Below are positions 17,501-26,424 of a DNA stretch of 64,000 nt, in pieces (positions within the stretch are counted from its first letter, which is position 1; each line of letters opens with the position of its first letter). The notes beneath the pieces are model-generated. The model was not told the DNA's origin, did no database searches, and saw nothing but the letters and a program-made list of their open reading frames with translations. The stretch spans positions 3,256 to 67,255 of the forward strand of contig JAFGVI010000113.1 in NCBI GenBank assembly GCA_016938065.1, given 5' to 3'. The position numbers and the translations under genes were made by a program. Source of the stretch: Deltaproteobacteria bacterium (lineage in GTDB: Bacteria > Desulfobacterota > Anaeroferrophillalia > Anaeroferrophillales > Tharpellaceae).

Positions 17501-17770
17501 ATGACTCCGGAATTTGTTGTAGCTCTGGCCAAAAGTTCGATGGAGACGACACTGATGATCTGTGCTCCGATGCTGGGTACCGGCCTGGCGGTAGGCATAT
17601 CGGTCAGTATTTTTCAGGCTGTAACTTCGATTCAGGAGATGACCCTGACCTTTGTTCCGAAAATCGTCATCGTTTTTATTGCGGTTATCTTCTTTTTTCC
17701 CTGGATGCTACAGTATATGGTTGATTTTACGACCAATATCATGCTCTCTATTCCTAATGTCATTCATTGA
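17501..17770 (+). CDS. fliQ: flagellar type III export protein FliQ
   Basis: ATG 17501 follows GGAAGGGAAA and gives an 89-aa two-TM protein (MTPEFVVALAKSSMETTLMICAPMLG...). The track start 17366 is an upstream extension. Confidence 0.88.
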   Translation: MTPEFVVALAKSSMETTLMICAPMLGTGLAVGISVSIFQAVTSIQEMTLTFVPKIVIVFIAVIFFFPWMLQYMVDFTTNIMLSIPNVIH

Positions 17771-18564
17771 TGAATTTTTTGCCGGTCATAACCGTCGCCG
17801 CTATCGGTCATTTTTTTCTGCTTCTGACCCGGATTTCCTCGCTGGTTTTCTTCTTTCCGGTGATGAATAATCTGGCCGTACCGAAGACTTTAAAGGCGGC
17901 TTTTTCTTTGCTTCTGGCTCTGCTCTTTTTCAACATAGTGCCGGAGCTTTCCGGGCCTCCGCTTTTCAGCCGGGGGTTGCTTGAGATTACATTGATTCTG
18001 TTGCGGGAGATGGTGATCGGCATGCTGGTCGGGCTGCTTGCCAATATGGTCTTTGCGGCAGTGCAGACAGCCGGCCAGATGATTGGTTTTCAGATGAGTT
18101 TTGCCGTGGCCAATGTGGTTGATCCGATAACCAGTCTGCAGGTGCCTTTGATTGCGCAGTTTTATTATATGCTGGCCATGTTGTTTTTTCTGACTTTGGG
18201 GGCTCATCGGTGGATCTTCAGGGCTCTGGGTGAGAGTTTCAACCTGATTCCTTTGGCGGGTTTTCGGCCGGATGAGAGTCTGCCGGTTCTGATGCTACGT
18301 TATTCGGAGGCGATTTTTTCAACCGCGGTTAAGCTGGCTGCACCATTGATGGCGGCTCTGTTGCTCAGCGATGTCAGCCTTGGGGTGGTTGCCAGAACGG
18401 CGCCGCAGATGAATATTTTTATTGTCGGAATGCCCTTGAAAATCCTTTTGGGGATGCTGTTAATGAGTTTTTCCTTTCCATATCTGGTTAATATACTGGG
18501 CACTCTTTTCCGCTTGCTCTTTAATGATATCATGTTTCTGCTCAAGGTCTCCGGGAGTGGCTGA
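17770..18564 (+). CDS. fliR: flagellar type III export protein FliR
   Basis: Polytopic membrane protein located after fliQ. ATG 17770 overlaps the fliQ TGA, and TTG 17767 is an alternative start. Confidence 0.88.
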   Translation: MNFLPVITVAAIGHFFLLLTRISSLVFFFPVMNNLAVPKTLKAAFSLLLALLFFNIVPELSGPPLFSRGLLEITLILLREMVIGMLVGLLANMVFAAVQTAGQMIGFQMSFAVANVVDPITSLQVPLIAQFYYMLAMLFFLTLGAHRWIFRALGESFNLIPLAGFRPDESLPVLMLRYSEAIFSTAVKLAAPLMAALLLSDVSLGVVARTAPQMNIFIVGMPLKILLGMLLMSFSFPYLVNILGTLFRLLFNDIMFLLKVSGSG

Positions 18565-18566
18565 AA

Positions 18567-19637
18567 ATGGCTAAAGATCCGAGTAAAACCGAAAAACCGA
18601 CGGGCAAGAAGCTTAGAAAAGCGCGAAATAAAGGTCAGGTTGCCAAGAGTCAGGAGATTGGATCGGCCTTTATTCTGCTTGCCGGTCTGGCTTTCTTCTT
18701 TTTTGCCGGCAATCGTTTTCTGACGGGGCCGTCCGAAGTGATGCGTTATTTTTTTCAGTACGCAATGTTGCTTGAAATTAATCCGGCCGTCATTTACAAT
18801 CTTTTTCTGCTGACGGTTCGGCAGATGTTCTATCTCCTGGCTCCATTTCTGCTGCTGATGATGTTTGTGGGTCTGGCGGCAAACCTGATGCAGGTGGGCT
18901 TCAAGATCACTCCTGAAGTGTTGCGTCTGAAGTTTTCCAAACTTAATCCAGTTAACGGTTTCAAGAGTAAGTTTCTTTCTCTAAGGCCGGTTGTCGAACT
19001 GGTTAAATCATGTCTCAAGATAAGCACGCTCGGCTATATTGCCTATAGTGTCTATCGCAATAATTTTGCTGGTTTTTTCAGTTTGTTTGATCAGCCGGCG
19101 GCGCTTGTTGTCAGTTTTATTGCCGGGGTTGCCTTTCAGATTCTCTGGCGTTGCGCCTTGTTGATGTTATTGTTGGCTTTTTTCGACTATATTTATCAGC
19201 GCTGGGATTTTATTGAGAATCAGAAGATGACCAAGCAGGAGGTCAAAGACGAGTATAAAGAGTCTGAGGGGGATCCCAAGGTTAAGGCGAGGATTCGCAG
19301 ATTGCAGATGAACCTGGCCCGTCAGCGTATGATGCAGGAAGTGCCCAGGGCGGATGTGGTAATTACCAACCCGACCCATATTGCCGTGGCCCTGGTTTAT
19401 GATCAGGAGAGTTCTGATGCCCCCGTTGTTGTTGCCAAAGGTGCCGGACTGTTAGCCGAAAAGATTAAGGAGATTGCCCGTGAGCATGGGGTGCCGGTAG
19501 TTGAAAACAAGGCTCTGGCCCGCCTGCTCTTTAAAACCGTAGAACTTGATCAGATGATTCCTGAAACCCTCTATCAGGCAGTAGCTGAGGTTCTGGCTTA
19601 TATCTACCGTCGTGACGGAGCTAAAGCCAGTGCCTGA
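18567..19637 (+). CDS. flhB: flagellar type III export switch protein FlhB
   Basis: The N-terminus is KTEKPTGKKLRKARNKGQVAKSQE. The autocleavage region carries the NPTH motif (VVITNPTHIAVAL). Confidence 0.92.
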   Translation: MAKDPSKTEKPTGKKLRKARNKGQVAKSQEIGSAFILLAGLAFFFFAGNRFLTGPSEVMRYFFQYAMLLEINPAVIYNLFLLTVRQMFYLLAPFLLLMMFVGLAANLMQVGFKITPEVLRLKFSKLNPVNGFKSKFLSLRPVVELVKSCLKISTLGYIAYSVYRNNFAGFFSLFDQPAALVVSFIAGVAFQILWRCALLMLLLAFFDYIYQRWDFIENQKMTKQEVKDEYKESEGDPKVKARIRRLQMNLARQRMMQEVPRADVVITNPTHIAVALVYDQESSDAPVVVAKGAGLLAEKIKEIAREHGVPVVENKALARLLFKTVELDQMIPETLYQAVAEVLAYIYRRDGAKASA

Positions 19638-19717
19638 TAATCAAATGATTTGCCAGTCGGTTTGGTTGTGGAGTTTACTGTTCACCGCCATCTGCCTGCC
19701 GCTGCCCACTGAGTAAA

Positions 19718-21838
19718 ATGGCTGAAGCGCGAAAAAAGTCTTTTCTTGATCTGATTGCGAACCAGGATGCGGTCATGGCTCTGGCCGTGATCGCGATTCT
19801 GATGGTGATGATTGTTCCGCTGCCGACGGTGGTGCTGGATACTCTGCTGGCGATGAATATCAGTATTGCCGTTATGATCCTGCTGATTTCGATGTATCTG
19901 CTTAAGGTTTTGGAATTTTCAATTTTTCCGGCCCTGCTCCTGGTAACCACTTTGTTTCGGCTCTCCTTGAATGTCGCTTCAACCCGTTTGATTCTTCTCA
20001 ACGGTGACCAGGGTACGGATGCTGCCGGTCAGGTGATCAAAGCTTTCGGCCAGTTTGTCGTCGGGGGTAACTATGTTGTTGGAACTATTATCTTTGCGAT
20101 TCTGGTGATTATTAATTTCCTGGTTATCACTAAAGGTTCCGGTCGTATTGCTGAAGTGACCGCCCGATTTACCCTGGATGCGATGCCGGGAAAGCAGATG
20201 GCGATTGACGCCGATCTTAATGCCGGTATGATCAGTGAGAATGAGGCGCGCGCCCGGCGGCTGGAGATTCGTCGGGAGGCAGATTTTTTCGGGGCGATGG
20301 ATGGTGCGGCGAAATTTGTCAGTGGAGACGCGATTGCCGGCATTATCATTACGCTGATCAATATTCTGGCCGGTTTTGTGATCGGGGTCATGCAGCAGGG
20401 CATGACCATGGCGGAAGCGGCGACCACTTATACGACGCTGACGGTAGGGGATGGTCTCGTCAGTCAGATTCCGGCTCTGATCATTTCTACGGCCTCCGGT
20501 ATCATGGTTTCTCGTTCGGCCGCAGAAGGCAGTATGGGCAGTGATCTGGTGCGTCAGATTACGGCCTATCCTAAAGTGTTGAGTCTGGCGGCCCTGGCTC
20601 TCTTAATCTTCGCCTTGATTCCGGGTCTGCCCAAGCTTTCATTTTTTTCACTGTCAGGGTTGATCGGTTTAACCGCATTTCTTTTGAATAAACAGCAGGA
20701 TGCGGCCAAAGCAGCCAAGGTCGAGCTGCTCGAACGGGAGCAGGAACAGGCGGCAGTCAGCAGCAAGGCCGAGCCGGAAGCGGTAGAGAAACTGCTGGTT
20801 ATGGATACGATGGAGCTGGAGGTTGGTTATGCCTTGATCGCGCTGGTGGATGAATCTCAAGGCGGCGATCTGCTGGAGCGGATTAAATTGATCCGGCGGC
20901 AGTTTGCGCTGGATCTGGGCATCGTCATGCCTTCTATTCATATTCGTGATAACCTTCAGTTGAAGCCGAACCGTTACTCTTTTAAAGTTAAAGGGAGCGC
21001 GGTTGCCGAGGGCGAAATCCTGATGGGATATTGTCTGGCTATGGGTGGTGATGGCAAGGGGCAGGACATTAAAGGGATTTCGACGACGGAGCCGGCGTTC
21101 GGTCTGCCGGCCATATGGATCGAGGATCGTCAGCGTGAGCGAGCCCAGCTGGCCGGTTATACGGTGGTTGATCCCTCGACCGTGGTCGCAACCCATCTGG
21201 TGGAAAAGATAAAACTTTTTCTGCACGAACTGCTTAGTCGCCAGGATGTGCAGAAACTGGTCGAAAACTTAGGCCAGCGCTATCCCAAAGTTGTGGATGA
21301 TATCGTGCCCTCGGTCGTGCCCTGGGGCACCCTGCAGAAAGTTCTGCAGAATTTGCTGCGGGAGCAGGTTTCGATTCGTGATCTTATGACGATTATTGAA
21401 ACCATGGCTGATTACAGTACGCAAATCAGAGATGTTGACGTACTGACTGAATATGTGCGTCAGGATCTTTCGCGGACGATTGTCGGGGGGTATCTTTCCG
21501 AAAATAATCGGCTTTATGTCGTTACTCTGGAGCCGGGGCTTGAAGAGAAGATAAATGCTTCAATTCAAAGAACCGACCATGGGGCTTTTTTAACCCTGGA
21601 TCCCGGTATCGTTTATGCGATGGTTGAGCAACTGCGCCGGCTGCACGATAAATTTGACCAGGTTTCGGCCAGACCGGTACTGCTCTGTGTGCCGATAGTG
21701 CGTTTTCATCTGCGCCGTCTGCTGGAGCGTTTTGTTCCGGGACTGGCGGTTTTGTCGCACAATGAAGTGCCTTCGCAGGTAACCGTCCAGGCTCTGGGGC
21801 GGATTACCGGCAGCTCCGGAGGCGGCAGTGCGGGTTAA
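19718..21838 (+). CDS. flhA: flagellar type III export protein FlhA
   Basis: 706 aa with the conserved motifs FPALLLVTTLFRLSLNVASTRLIL and AEVTARFTLDAMPGKQMAIDADLNAG. Confidence 0.95.
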   Translation: MAEARKKSFLDLIANQDAVMALAVIAILMVMIVPLPTVVLDTLLAMNISIAVMILLISMYLLKVLEFSIFPALLLVTTLFRLSLNVASTRLILLNGDQGTDAAGQVIKAFGQFVVGGNYVVGTIIFAILVIINFLVITKGSGRIAEVTARFTLDAMPGKQMAIDADLNAGMISENEARARRLEIRREADFFGAMDGAAKFVSGDAIAGIIITLINILAGFVIGVMQQGMTMAEAATTYTTLTVGDGLVSQIPALIISTASGIMVSRSAAEGSMGSDLVRQITAYPKVLSLAALALLIFALIPGLPKLSFFSLSGLIGLTAFLLNKQQDAAKAAKVELLEREQEQAAVSSKAEPEAVEKLLVMDTMELEVGYALIALVDESQGGDLLERIKLIRRQFALDLGIVMPSIHIRDNLQLKPNRYSFKVKGSAVAEGEILMGYCLAMGGDGKGQDIKGISTTEPAFGLPAIWIEDRQRERAQLAGYTVVDPSTVVATHLVEKIKLFLHELLSRQDVQKLVENLGQRYPKVVDDIVPSVVPWGTLQKVLQNLLREQVSIRDLMTIIETMADYSTQIRDVDVLTEYVRQDLSRTIVGGYLSENNRLYVVTLEPGLEEKINASIQRTDHGAFLTLDPGIVYAMVEQLRRLHDKFDQVSARPVLLCVPIVRFHLRRLLERFVPGLAVLSHNEVPSQVTVQALGRITGSSGGGSAG

Positions 21839-23024
21839 GCGTTTTTATGGTAAGGACACTGCGGCAGCCATGAACGCCGTAAAGCTTGCCTTTGGTCAGG
21901 ACGCGGTTATTCTAGAGACCCTTGAACAGCCGGAAGCGGAGCCCGGTTGCAGAGTTGAGATCCTGGCGGCAATAGATTATGATCCATCACTTAAAATAGT
22001 CAGGGAAAACCGCGGTACTGCCGAGTCTGTCCAGTTCACGCGAGGTGATGCTGCGGTAATGGCCGCGATCGCTTCTGAAACCGATCTGAGACTGTCGGAA
22101 AGTGGGCGGATGCACGATGGTTTATCCGAGGTTCCGGGCGTTCACTCGGAATATGAGCGGTTGCATCGAGAAGTGGCCCTGGTTAAGGGCATGATGGGAC
22201 GGCTGCTGGTCGGCAGCGGTCTCAATGAGGGTTGGTCGCAGCCCTGTTTTGCAGAGTTGCAGTCGCAGTTGCTGGGCCGCAAGGTCAGCGCGGAGATCGC
22301 GCATGAACTGATGGCGGAAACTTATGCCGAAATCGGGGGCCAGCTGCCGCCGGGGAAAAAGGAAATTTTTGTTACGGCCCTGGTAAAAGCGGTTCTGGCC
22401 CGGCAGGTGATGGCCCGGGTAGAAGTCCTGCACCGTTCCGGAATGGCCCGGGTTCTGGCGCTGGTCGGGCCGACGGGGGTGGGTAAGACGACAACCCTGG
22501 CGAAACTGGCCGCCGTCTTTAAGGCGTGCGGGGAGCGGGTTGCCCTGATTTCGGTTGATACCTACCGGCTCGGGGCTGCCGAGCAGATTTTAGAGTACGG
22601 CCGGCGCCTGCAGGTTCCGGTTGAAATTGTCCAGACACGGCGAGAACTGCAGTCTGCACTCAACAGTTTCAGTGGTTTTGATCGAATACTGCTTGACAGT
22701 ATGGGCCGCAGTATCGGAGATCGGGAGGGTCTGGCAGCGCTTTATCGGCTTTTGCAGGGGTTGCCGGGGGATACTTTCATGGTGTTGCCGGCGGCTTTGC
22801 AGGAAGAGGATCTTTTAGAAAATCTGGTTCATTTTCGTGCCTTCAACTGCCGGGCTCTGCTTTTTACAAAACTTGACGAAACCCGGTGTCACGGTTCGAT
22901 TCTGAATGCCTTAAGTTACGCCCGTCTGCCCTTAAGTTTTTTTACGGATGGACAGCAGGTTCCCGACGATTTAGAAGCCGCCAGCGCTGAGCGTCTGGCG
23001 GATCTGCTGCTCGATATTGTGTAA
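21828..23024 (+). CDS. flhF: flagellar biosynthesis SRP-like GTPase FlhF
   Basis: GTG start overlaps the flhA end. The motifs G1 GPTGVGKTTTLAKLA, VDTYRLGAAEQ and LFTKLDET are present. Confidence 0.9.
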   Translation: MRVKRFYGKDTAAAMNAVKLAFGQDAVILETLEQPEAEPGCRVEILAAIDYDPSLKIVRENRGTAESVQFTRGDAAVMAAIASETDLRLSESGRMHDGLSEVPGVHSEYERLHREVALVKGMMGRLLVGSGLNEGWSQPCFAELQSQLLGRKVSAEIAHELMAETYAEIGGQLPPGKKEIFVTALVKAVLARQVMARVEVLHRSGMARVLALVGPTGVGKTTTLAKLAAVFKACGERVALISVDTYRLGAAEQILEYGRRLQVPVEIVQTRRELQSALNSFSGFDRILLDSMGRSIGDREGLAALYRLLQGLPGDTFMVLPAALQEEDLLENLVHFRAFNCRALLFTKLDETRCHGSILNALSYARLPLSFFTDGQQVPDDLEAASAERLADLLLDIV

Positions 23025-23029
23025 GTCAA

Positions 23030-23102
23030 TTAAGAATTATCAATTACGAATTACGAGGTTTTTCGGAGGGTTACAACTCGTAATTCGTAATTTATAATTC
23101 TT
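23030..23102. repeat. 26-bp imperfect inverted repeat built from the AT-rich repeat family
   Basis: The left arm AAGAATTATCAATTACGAATTACGAG (23032-23057) pairs with the right arm CTCGTAATTCGTAATTTATAATTCTT (23077-23102). There is one mismatch and a 19-nt loop. Confidence 0.75.
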
Positions 23103-23125
23103 CATTAAAATACGGAGTATTTTCT

Positions 23126-23974
23126 ATGGATCAGGCAGCGGCATTGCAAAAGCCGACTTCTTCAGTGAAGGTAATTGCCGTAGCCAGCGGTAAGGGTGGG
23201 GTCGGCAAAACCAATACAGTGATTAATCTGGCCTGTTCCATGGCCGCCCTCGGGGATCGGGTGATGGTGCTGGATGCCGATCTTGGTCTGGGAAACCTGG
23301 ATGTGATGTTGGGGCTGGCTCCGGAGTATAATCTGCAGCATCTTTTTGCCGGCGAAAAAAAGCTTACTGAGATAATTATCGAGGGCCCTCGGGGAATAAA
23401 AATTATTCCGGCCGCTTCCGGCATTCAGGAGGTAACCCATAGCGGGACTTTGGAGCAGAATATTCTGATGGAGCAGATGAGTCTGTTTGAGGGGGAGATC
23501 GATTTTCTCTTTATCGACGCGGCGGCCGGAATTTCCGACATGGTAACGAGTTTTGTGCGGGCTGCCGATGCCGCGCTGGTCGTGGCAACGCCGGAACCAA
23601 CCTCAATGACCGATGCTTACGCCCTGATGAAAGTTCTCTGCAACCGTTACGGCGAGAAGAAGTTCTACTTATTGCTCAATCAGGTTTCCGGCGAGGCGGA
23701 GGCGCGGCGGGTTTACAGTCATTTAAGTCGGGTTGGGGAAAAATTTCTTGACATCAGCTTGATTTTTCTGGGATATATTCCCAAGGATGCGAATGTCCCG
23801 ATGGCAGTCTGTCGGCAGCAGGCGGTTGTTGAATACAAACCTGAATCACCGGCAAGCCGTTCTTTTGTCGAGGTTGCCCGTCGTTTGCGGAGCTTGCCTT
23901 TGCGGTCTAAGAGTGGCGGTTTGCAGTACTTCTGGCAACGTTTAGCGGGTGGCGATAATCTTGGCCAAGGTTGA
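23126..23974 (+). CDS. flhG: MinD/ParA-type flagellar number regulator FlhG (FleN/YlxH)
   Basis: It carries the deviant Walker A SGKGGVGKTN and lies between flhF and fliA. Confidence 0.88.
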   Translation: MDQAAALQKPTSSVKVIAVASGKGGVGKTNTVINLACSMAALGDRVMVLDADLGLGNLDVMLGLAPEYNLQHLFAGEKKLTEIIIEGPRGIKIIPAASGIQEVTHSGTLEQNILMEQMSLFEGEIDFLFIDAAAGISDMVTSFVRAADAALVVATPEPTSMTDAYALMKVLCNRYGEKKFYLLLNQVSGEAEARRVYSHLSRVGEKFLDISLIFLGYIPKDANVPMAVCRQQAVVEYKPESPASRSFVEVARRLRSLPLRSKSGGLQYFWQRLAGGDNLGQG

Positions 23975-24716
23975 AGCAGGAAATTTTGTTCTGGAAGAGG
24001 AGGTTCTGCTTAAGGAATACCTTCCTCTGATTCAACGGCTGGCCTATCGACTGGTCTCGCGTCTGCCGGGCAGTGTCGAGGTTGACGATCTCATCAACAG
24101 CGGGGTTTTAGGGCTTCTCGATGCGGTGGGCAAATTTGAGCCGGAGCGCAATATTCAGTTCAAAACATATGCCGAGTTTCGTATCCGTGGGGCGATGATG
24201 GATGACCTGCGGAGTCAGGACTGGGCTTCGCGGGGGCTGCGTAAGGACTGTAATCTGCTGGAGAGTGCTTATGCTGAAGTCGAACATAAGCTGGGCCGGC
24301 CGGCCGAAGACGCGGAGGTTGCCGGGTTGCTTGACCTGAGCCTGGAAGAGTTTTATAAACTTCTGGCGCGGGCCCGCGGCATTTCTCTGGTCAATTTTGA
24401 AGATCTGGCCGATTCCGACTCCGATGCTCCCCGCAGTCCTCTGGAGATGATCGCCTTGATTGAGAGCGATGATCCCTTTGTTCTGTGCCAGGATCGCGAG
24501 ATGCAAGAGCTGCTAGCTGAGGCGATTGATGATCTCAAAGAGCGTGATCGTGTGGTTTTGCAGCTTTACTATTATGAAGAGCTCAATCTGAAAGAGATAG
24601 GTCTGGTGCTGGAAGTCAGCGAATCTCGGGTTTGTCAGATGCGGACTCAGGCGATAGTTCGGCTGCGCAGTAAGATAAAAACCTTGCGCCGCAAAAAAAT
24701 ATCGGTTAAAGTATAA
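23949..24716 (+). CDS. fliA: flagellar sigma factor FliA (sigma-28)
   Basis: Sigma-70 family regions 2-4 are recognisable (YLPLIQRLAYRL..., FKTYAEFRIRGAMMD, LNLKEIGLVLEVSESRVCQMRTQAIVRLR). The start is uncertain: GTG 23949 or TTG 23961. Confidence 0.88.
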   Translation: MAIILAKVEAGNFVLEEEVLLKEYLPLIQRLAYRLVSRLPGSVEVDDLINSGVLGLLDAVGKFEPERNIQFKTYAEFRIRGAMMDDLRSQDWASRGLRKDCNLLESAYAEVEHKLGRPAEDAEVAGLLDLSLEEFYKLLARARGISLVNFEDLADSDSDAPRSPLEMIALIESDDPFVLCQDREMQELLAEAIDDLKERDRVVLQLYYYEELNLKEIGLVLEVSESRVCQMRTQAIVRLRSKIKTLRRKKISVKV

Positions 24717-24789
24717 CCCTTAAAAAGTTCCAGCACAGTATTTGAATAGTTTTTATGGATTTGCTGATGGCAGGGTTTTGCATCCACTC

Positions 24790-24798
24790 TGATATAAT
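24790..24798 (+). promoter_or_regulatory. candidate extended -10 promoter (TGaTATAAT) upstream of cheY
   Basis: TG-A-TATAAT lies 31 nt upstream of the cheY ATG. No good -35 element is present. Confidence 0.35.
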
Positions 24799-24828
24799 TG
24801 TTGATTAAGCTTAGTTAAGGGAACAGAA

Positions 24829-25206
24829 ATGAACAAGGACATGAGGATTATTGTGGTCGATGATTTTTCGACAATGCGGCGAATTATTAAGAATATTCTG
24901 CGTCAGCTCGGCTTCAATAATGTGCAGGAAGCCGATGACGGGGCAACGGCCTGGCCGAAGATTCAGGCCGAACCCTTTGATCTGGTTATAACCGATTGGA
25001 ACATGCCGAAAATGTCCGGTCTTGAACTGCTTAAAAATATCCGGAATGATGAAAATCTGAAAACTATTCCGGTTCTGATGGTAACGGCCGAAGCCCTGAA
25101 AGAGAATATCATCGAAGCGGTCAAGGCCGGGGTCAGTAATTATATTATCAAACCTTTTACGGCTGAAACCATGCAGGAAAAGTTGGAAAAAATTTTCGGC
25201 GGCTGA
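24829..25206 (+). CDS. cheY: chemotaxis response regulator CheY (single REC domain)
   Basis: The motifs [31 protein letters not shown] and NYIIKPF are present in a 125-aa protein. Confidence 0.88.
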   Translation: MNKDMRIIVVDDFSTMRRIIKNILRQLGFNNVQEADDGATAWPKIQAEPFDLVITDWNMPKMSGLELLKNIRNDENLKTIPVLMVTAEALKENIIEAVKAGVSNYIIKPFTAETMQEKLEKIFGG

Positions 25207-25240
25207 TGGTCGGTGCCAGGCTGATGCTGGACAGATTATT

Positions 25241-25297
25241 AAGGTGAGGGCTGAAAACAGCAGGTGTTGTTGGTGGCTCTCACCTTTTTATTTTTTT
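25241..25297 (+). terminator. probable rho-independent terminator after cheY
   Basis: An 11-bp stem AAGGTGAGGGC / GGCTCTCACCTT encloses a 24-nt loop and is followed by TTTATTTTTTT. The large loop lowers confidence. Confidence 0.5.
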
Positions 25298-25341
25298 ATC
25301 ACTCTTCATTTATAATTTATTATTCATCACTGCACTTTTTT

Positions 25342-26424
25342 ATGGCAGATTTTTTTTCACGCTATCATTTTCGTTCTTTTCTGGAAGTTTTTGCCGATCC
25401 CATCTGGGTTGTGAACCGTAATTTTCGGCTGGTTTATATGAACCCGGCGGCGAAAAAAAAATTCTCGCTAAATCCCGATCATGCGGTTGGCAAATATTGT
25501 CATCAGGCTCTTTTTGAACACTTTTCACACTGTCCTTTCTGCTCCCTTGAGCAGGTGCTTTCCTCGGGAGAGGCCAAAATTTCCAACTTCACCATGCTCG
25601 ACACGGATGGGCGTAATCATGTTTACTCATTGGGGAATTATCCGTGTTCCGGGGTTGACGGCAAGGTCGATTATGTGCTGGCGGTATGTGTCGATAAAAC
25701 CGAAGGTGCCGATCTCTTTGCTGAAATTTCGCGTCTGCAGGGGCTCGCGGCCATGGGTGAGTACAGTGCTGAACTGAGCCATGAGATTCGTAATCCATTA
25801 AATTCAATAGAGATTCAGATGTCGCTGTTGCAGCGGATGGCGGCCCGTTTGCCGGATGCTGAGGCGGGTGCTTTTTTGAAAATGGTCGATGTTGTCCGCG
25901 CTGAAAGTCGTCGGCTTAACTCTCTGGCCGGTGATTTTCTGGCAATTCAGAAAAGCCGGCGTTTGCACCTGGCCGATTGTGATCTTTTTGCGATAATTCG
26001 TGATGTGGCACAATTGCTCAAGGAAGAGGCCCGGGCTGCGCGGGTGGATATCCGGCTGCGCCTGGCGGAACATCCGGTGGTTCTGCGAGCCGATAAAGAC
26101 AAGCTGCGGCAGGCCTTTATGAATCTTATGAAAAATGCCCTTGAAGCTCTGGCGGAAGGATCGGTGGCAGACGCTTTTTTAGAGGTTGAAGGTTGGTTCG
26201 AAGATGGCATGATAGTTTTAACGTTTGCTGATAATGGTCCGGGTATTCCTTTTTCCCGGCAGGCAAAAATATTCGATCTTTTTTATACCACCAAAACCTG
26301 CGGTACCGGTATCGGTCTGCATCTGTGTCGTGATGTGATCAGCGCGCATGACGGTAAAATCTCTTTCACCAGTGATGAGAGAGGTACGGTTTTTAAGGTT
26401 GTTCTACCCCTGGGCAGCGTCTGA
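25342..26424 (+). CDS. PAS-domain sensor histidine kinase (FlrB/FleS-like by context)
   Basis: ATG 25342 (MADFFSRY) is preferred over the track start 25264. The PAS domain carries the Cys motif YCHQALFEHFSHCPFCSLEQVL. The H-box SHEIRNPLNSI, N-box NLMKNALEA and G-boxes DNGPGIP and GTGIGL are present. Confidence 0.85.
   Translation: MADFFSRYHFRSFLEVFADPIWVVNRNFRLVYMNPAAKKKFSLNPDHAVGKYCHQALFEHFSHCPFCSLEQVLSSGEAKISNFTMLDTDGRNHVYSLGNYPCSGVDGKVDYVLAVCVDKTEGADLFAEISRLQGLAAMGEYSAELSHEIRNPLNSIEIQMSLLQRMAARLPDAEAGAFLKMVDVVRAESRRLNSLAGDFLAIQKSRRLHLADCDLFAIIRDVAQLLKEEARAARVDIRLRLAEHPVVLRADKDKLRQAFMNLMKNALEALAEGSVADAFLEVEGWFEDGMIVLTFADNGPGIPFSRQAKIFDLFYTTKTCGTGIGLHLCRDVISAHDGKISFTSDERGTVFKVVLPLGSV

Noticed and set aside
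24768-24783. Sigma-54-like TGGCAG..TTGCAT upstream of cheY
   Set aside because: Counting bases gives GG-N9-GC (GG at 24769-70, GC at 24780-81). Sigma-54 promoters need N10, so I do not call it.
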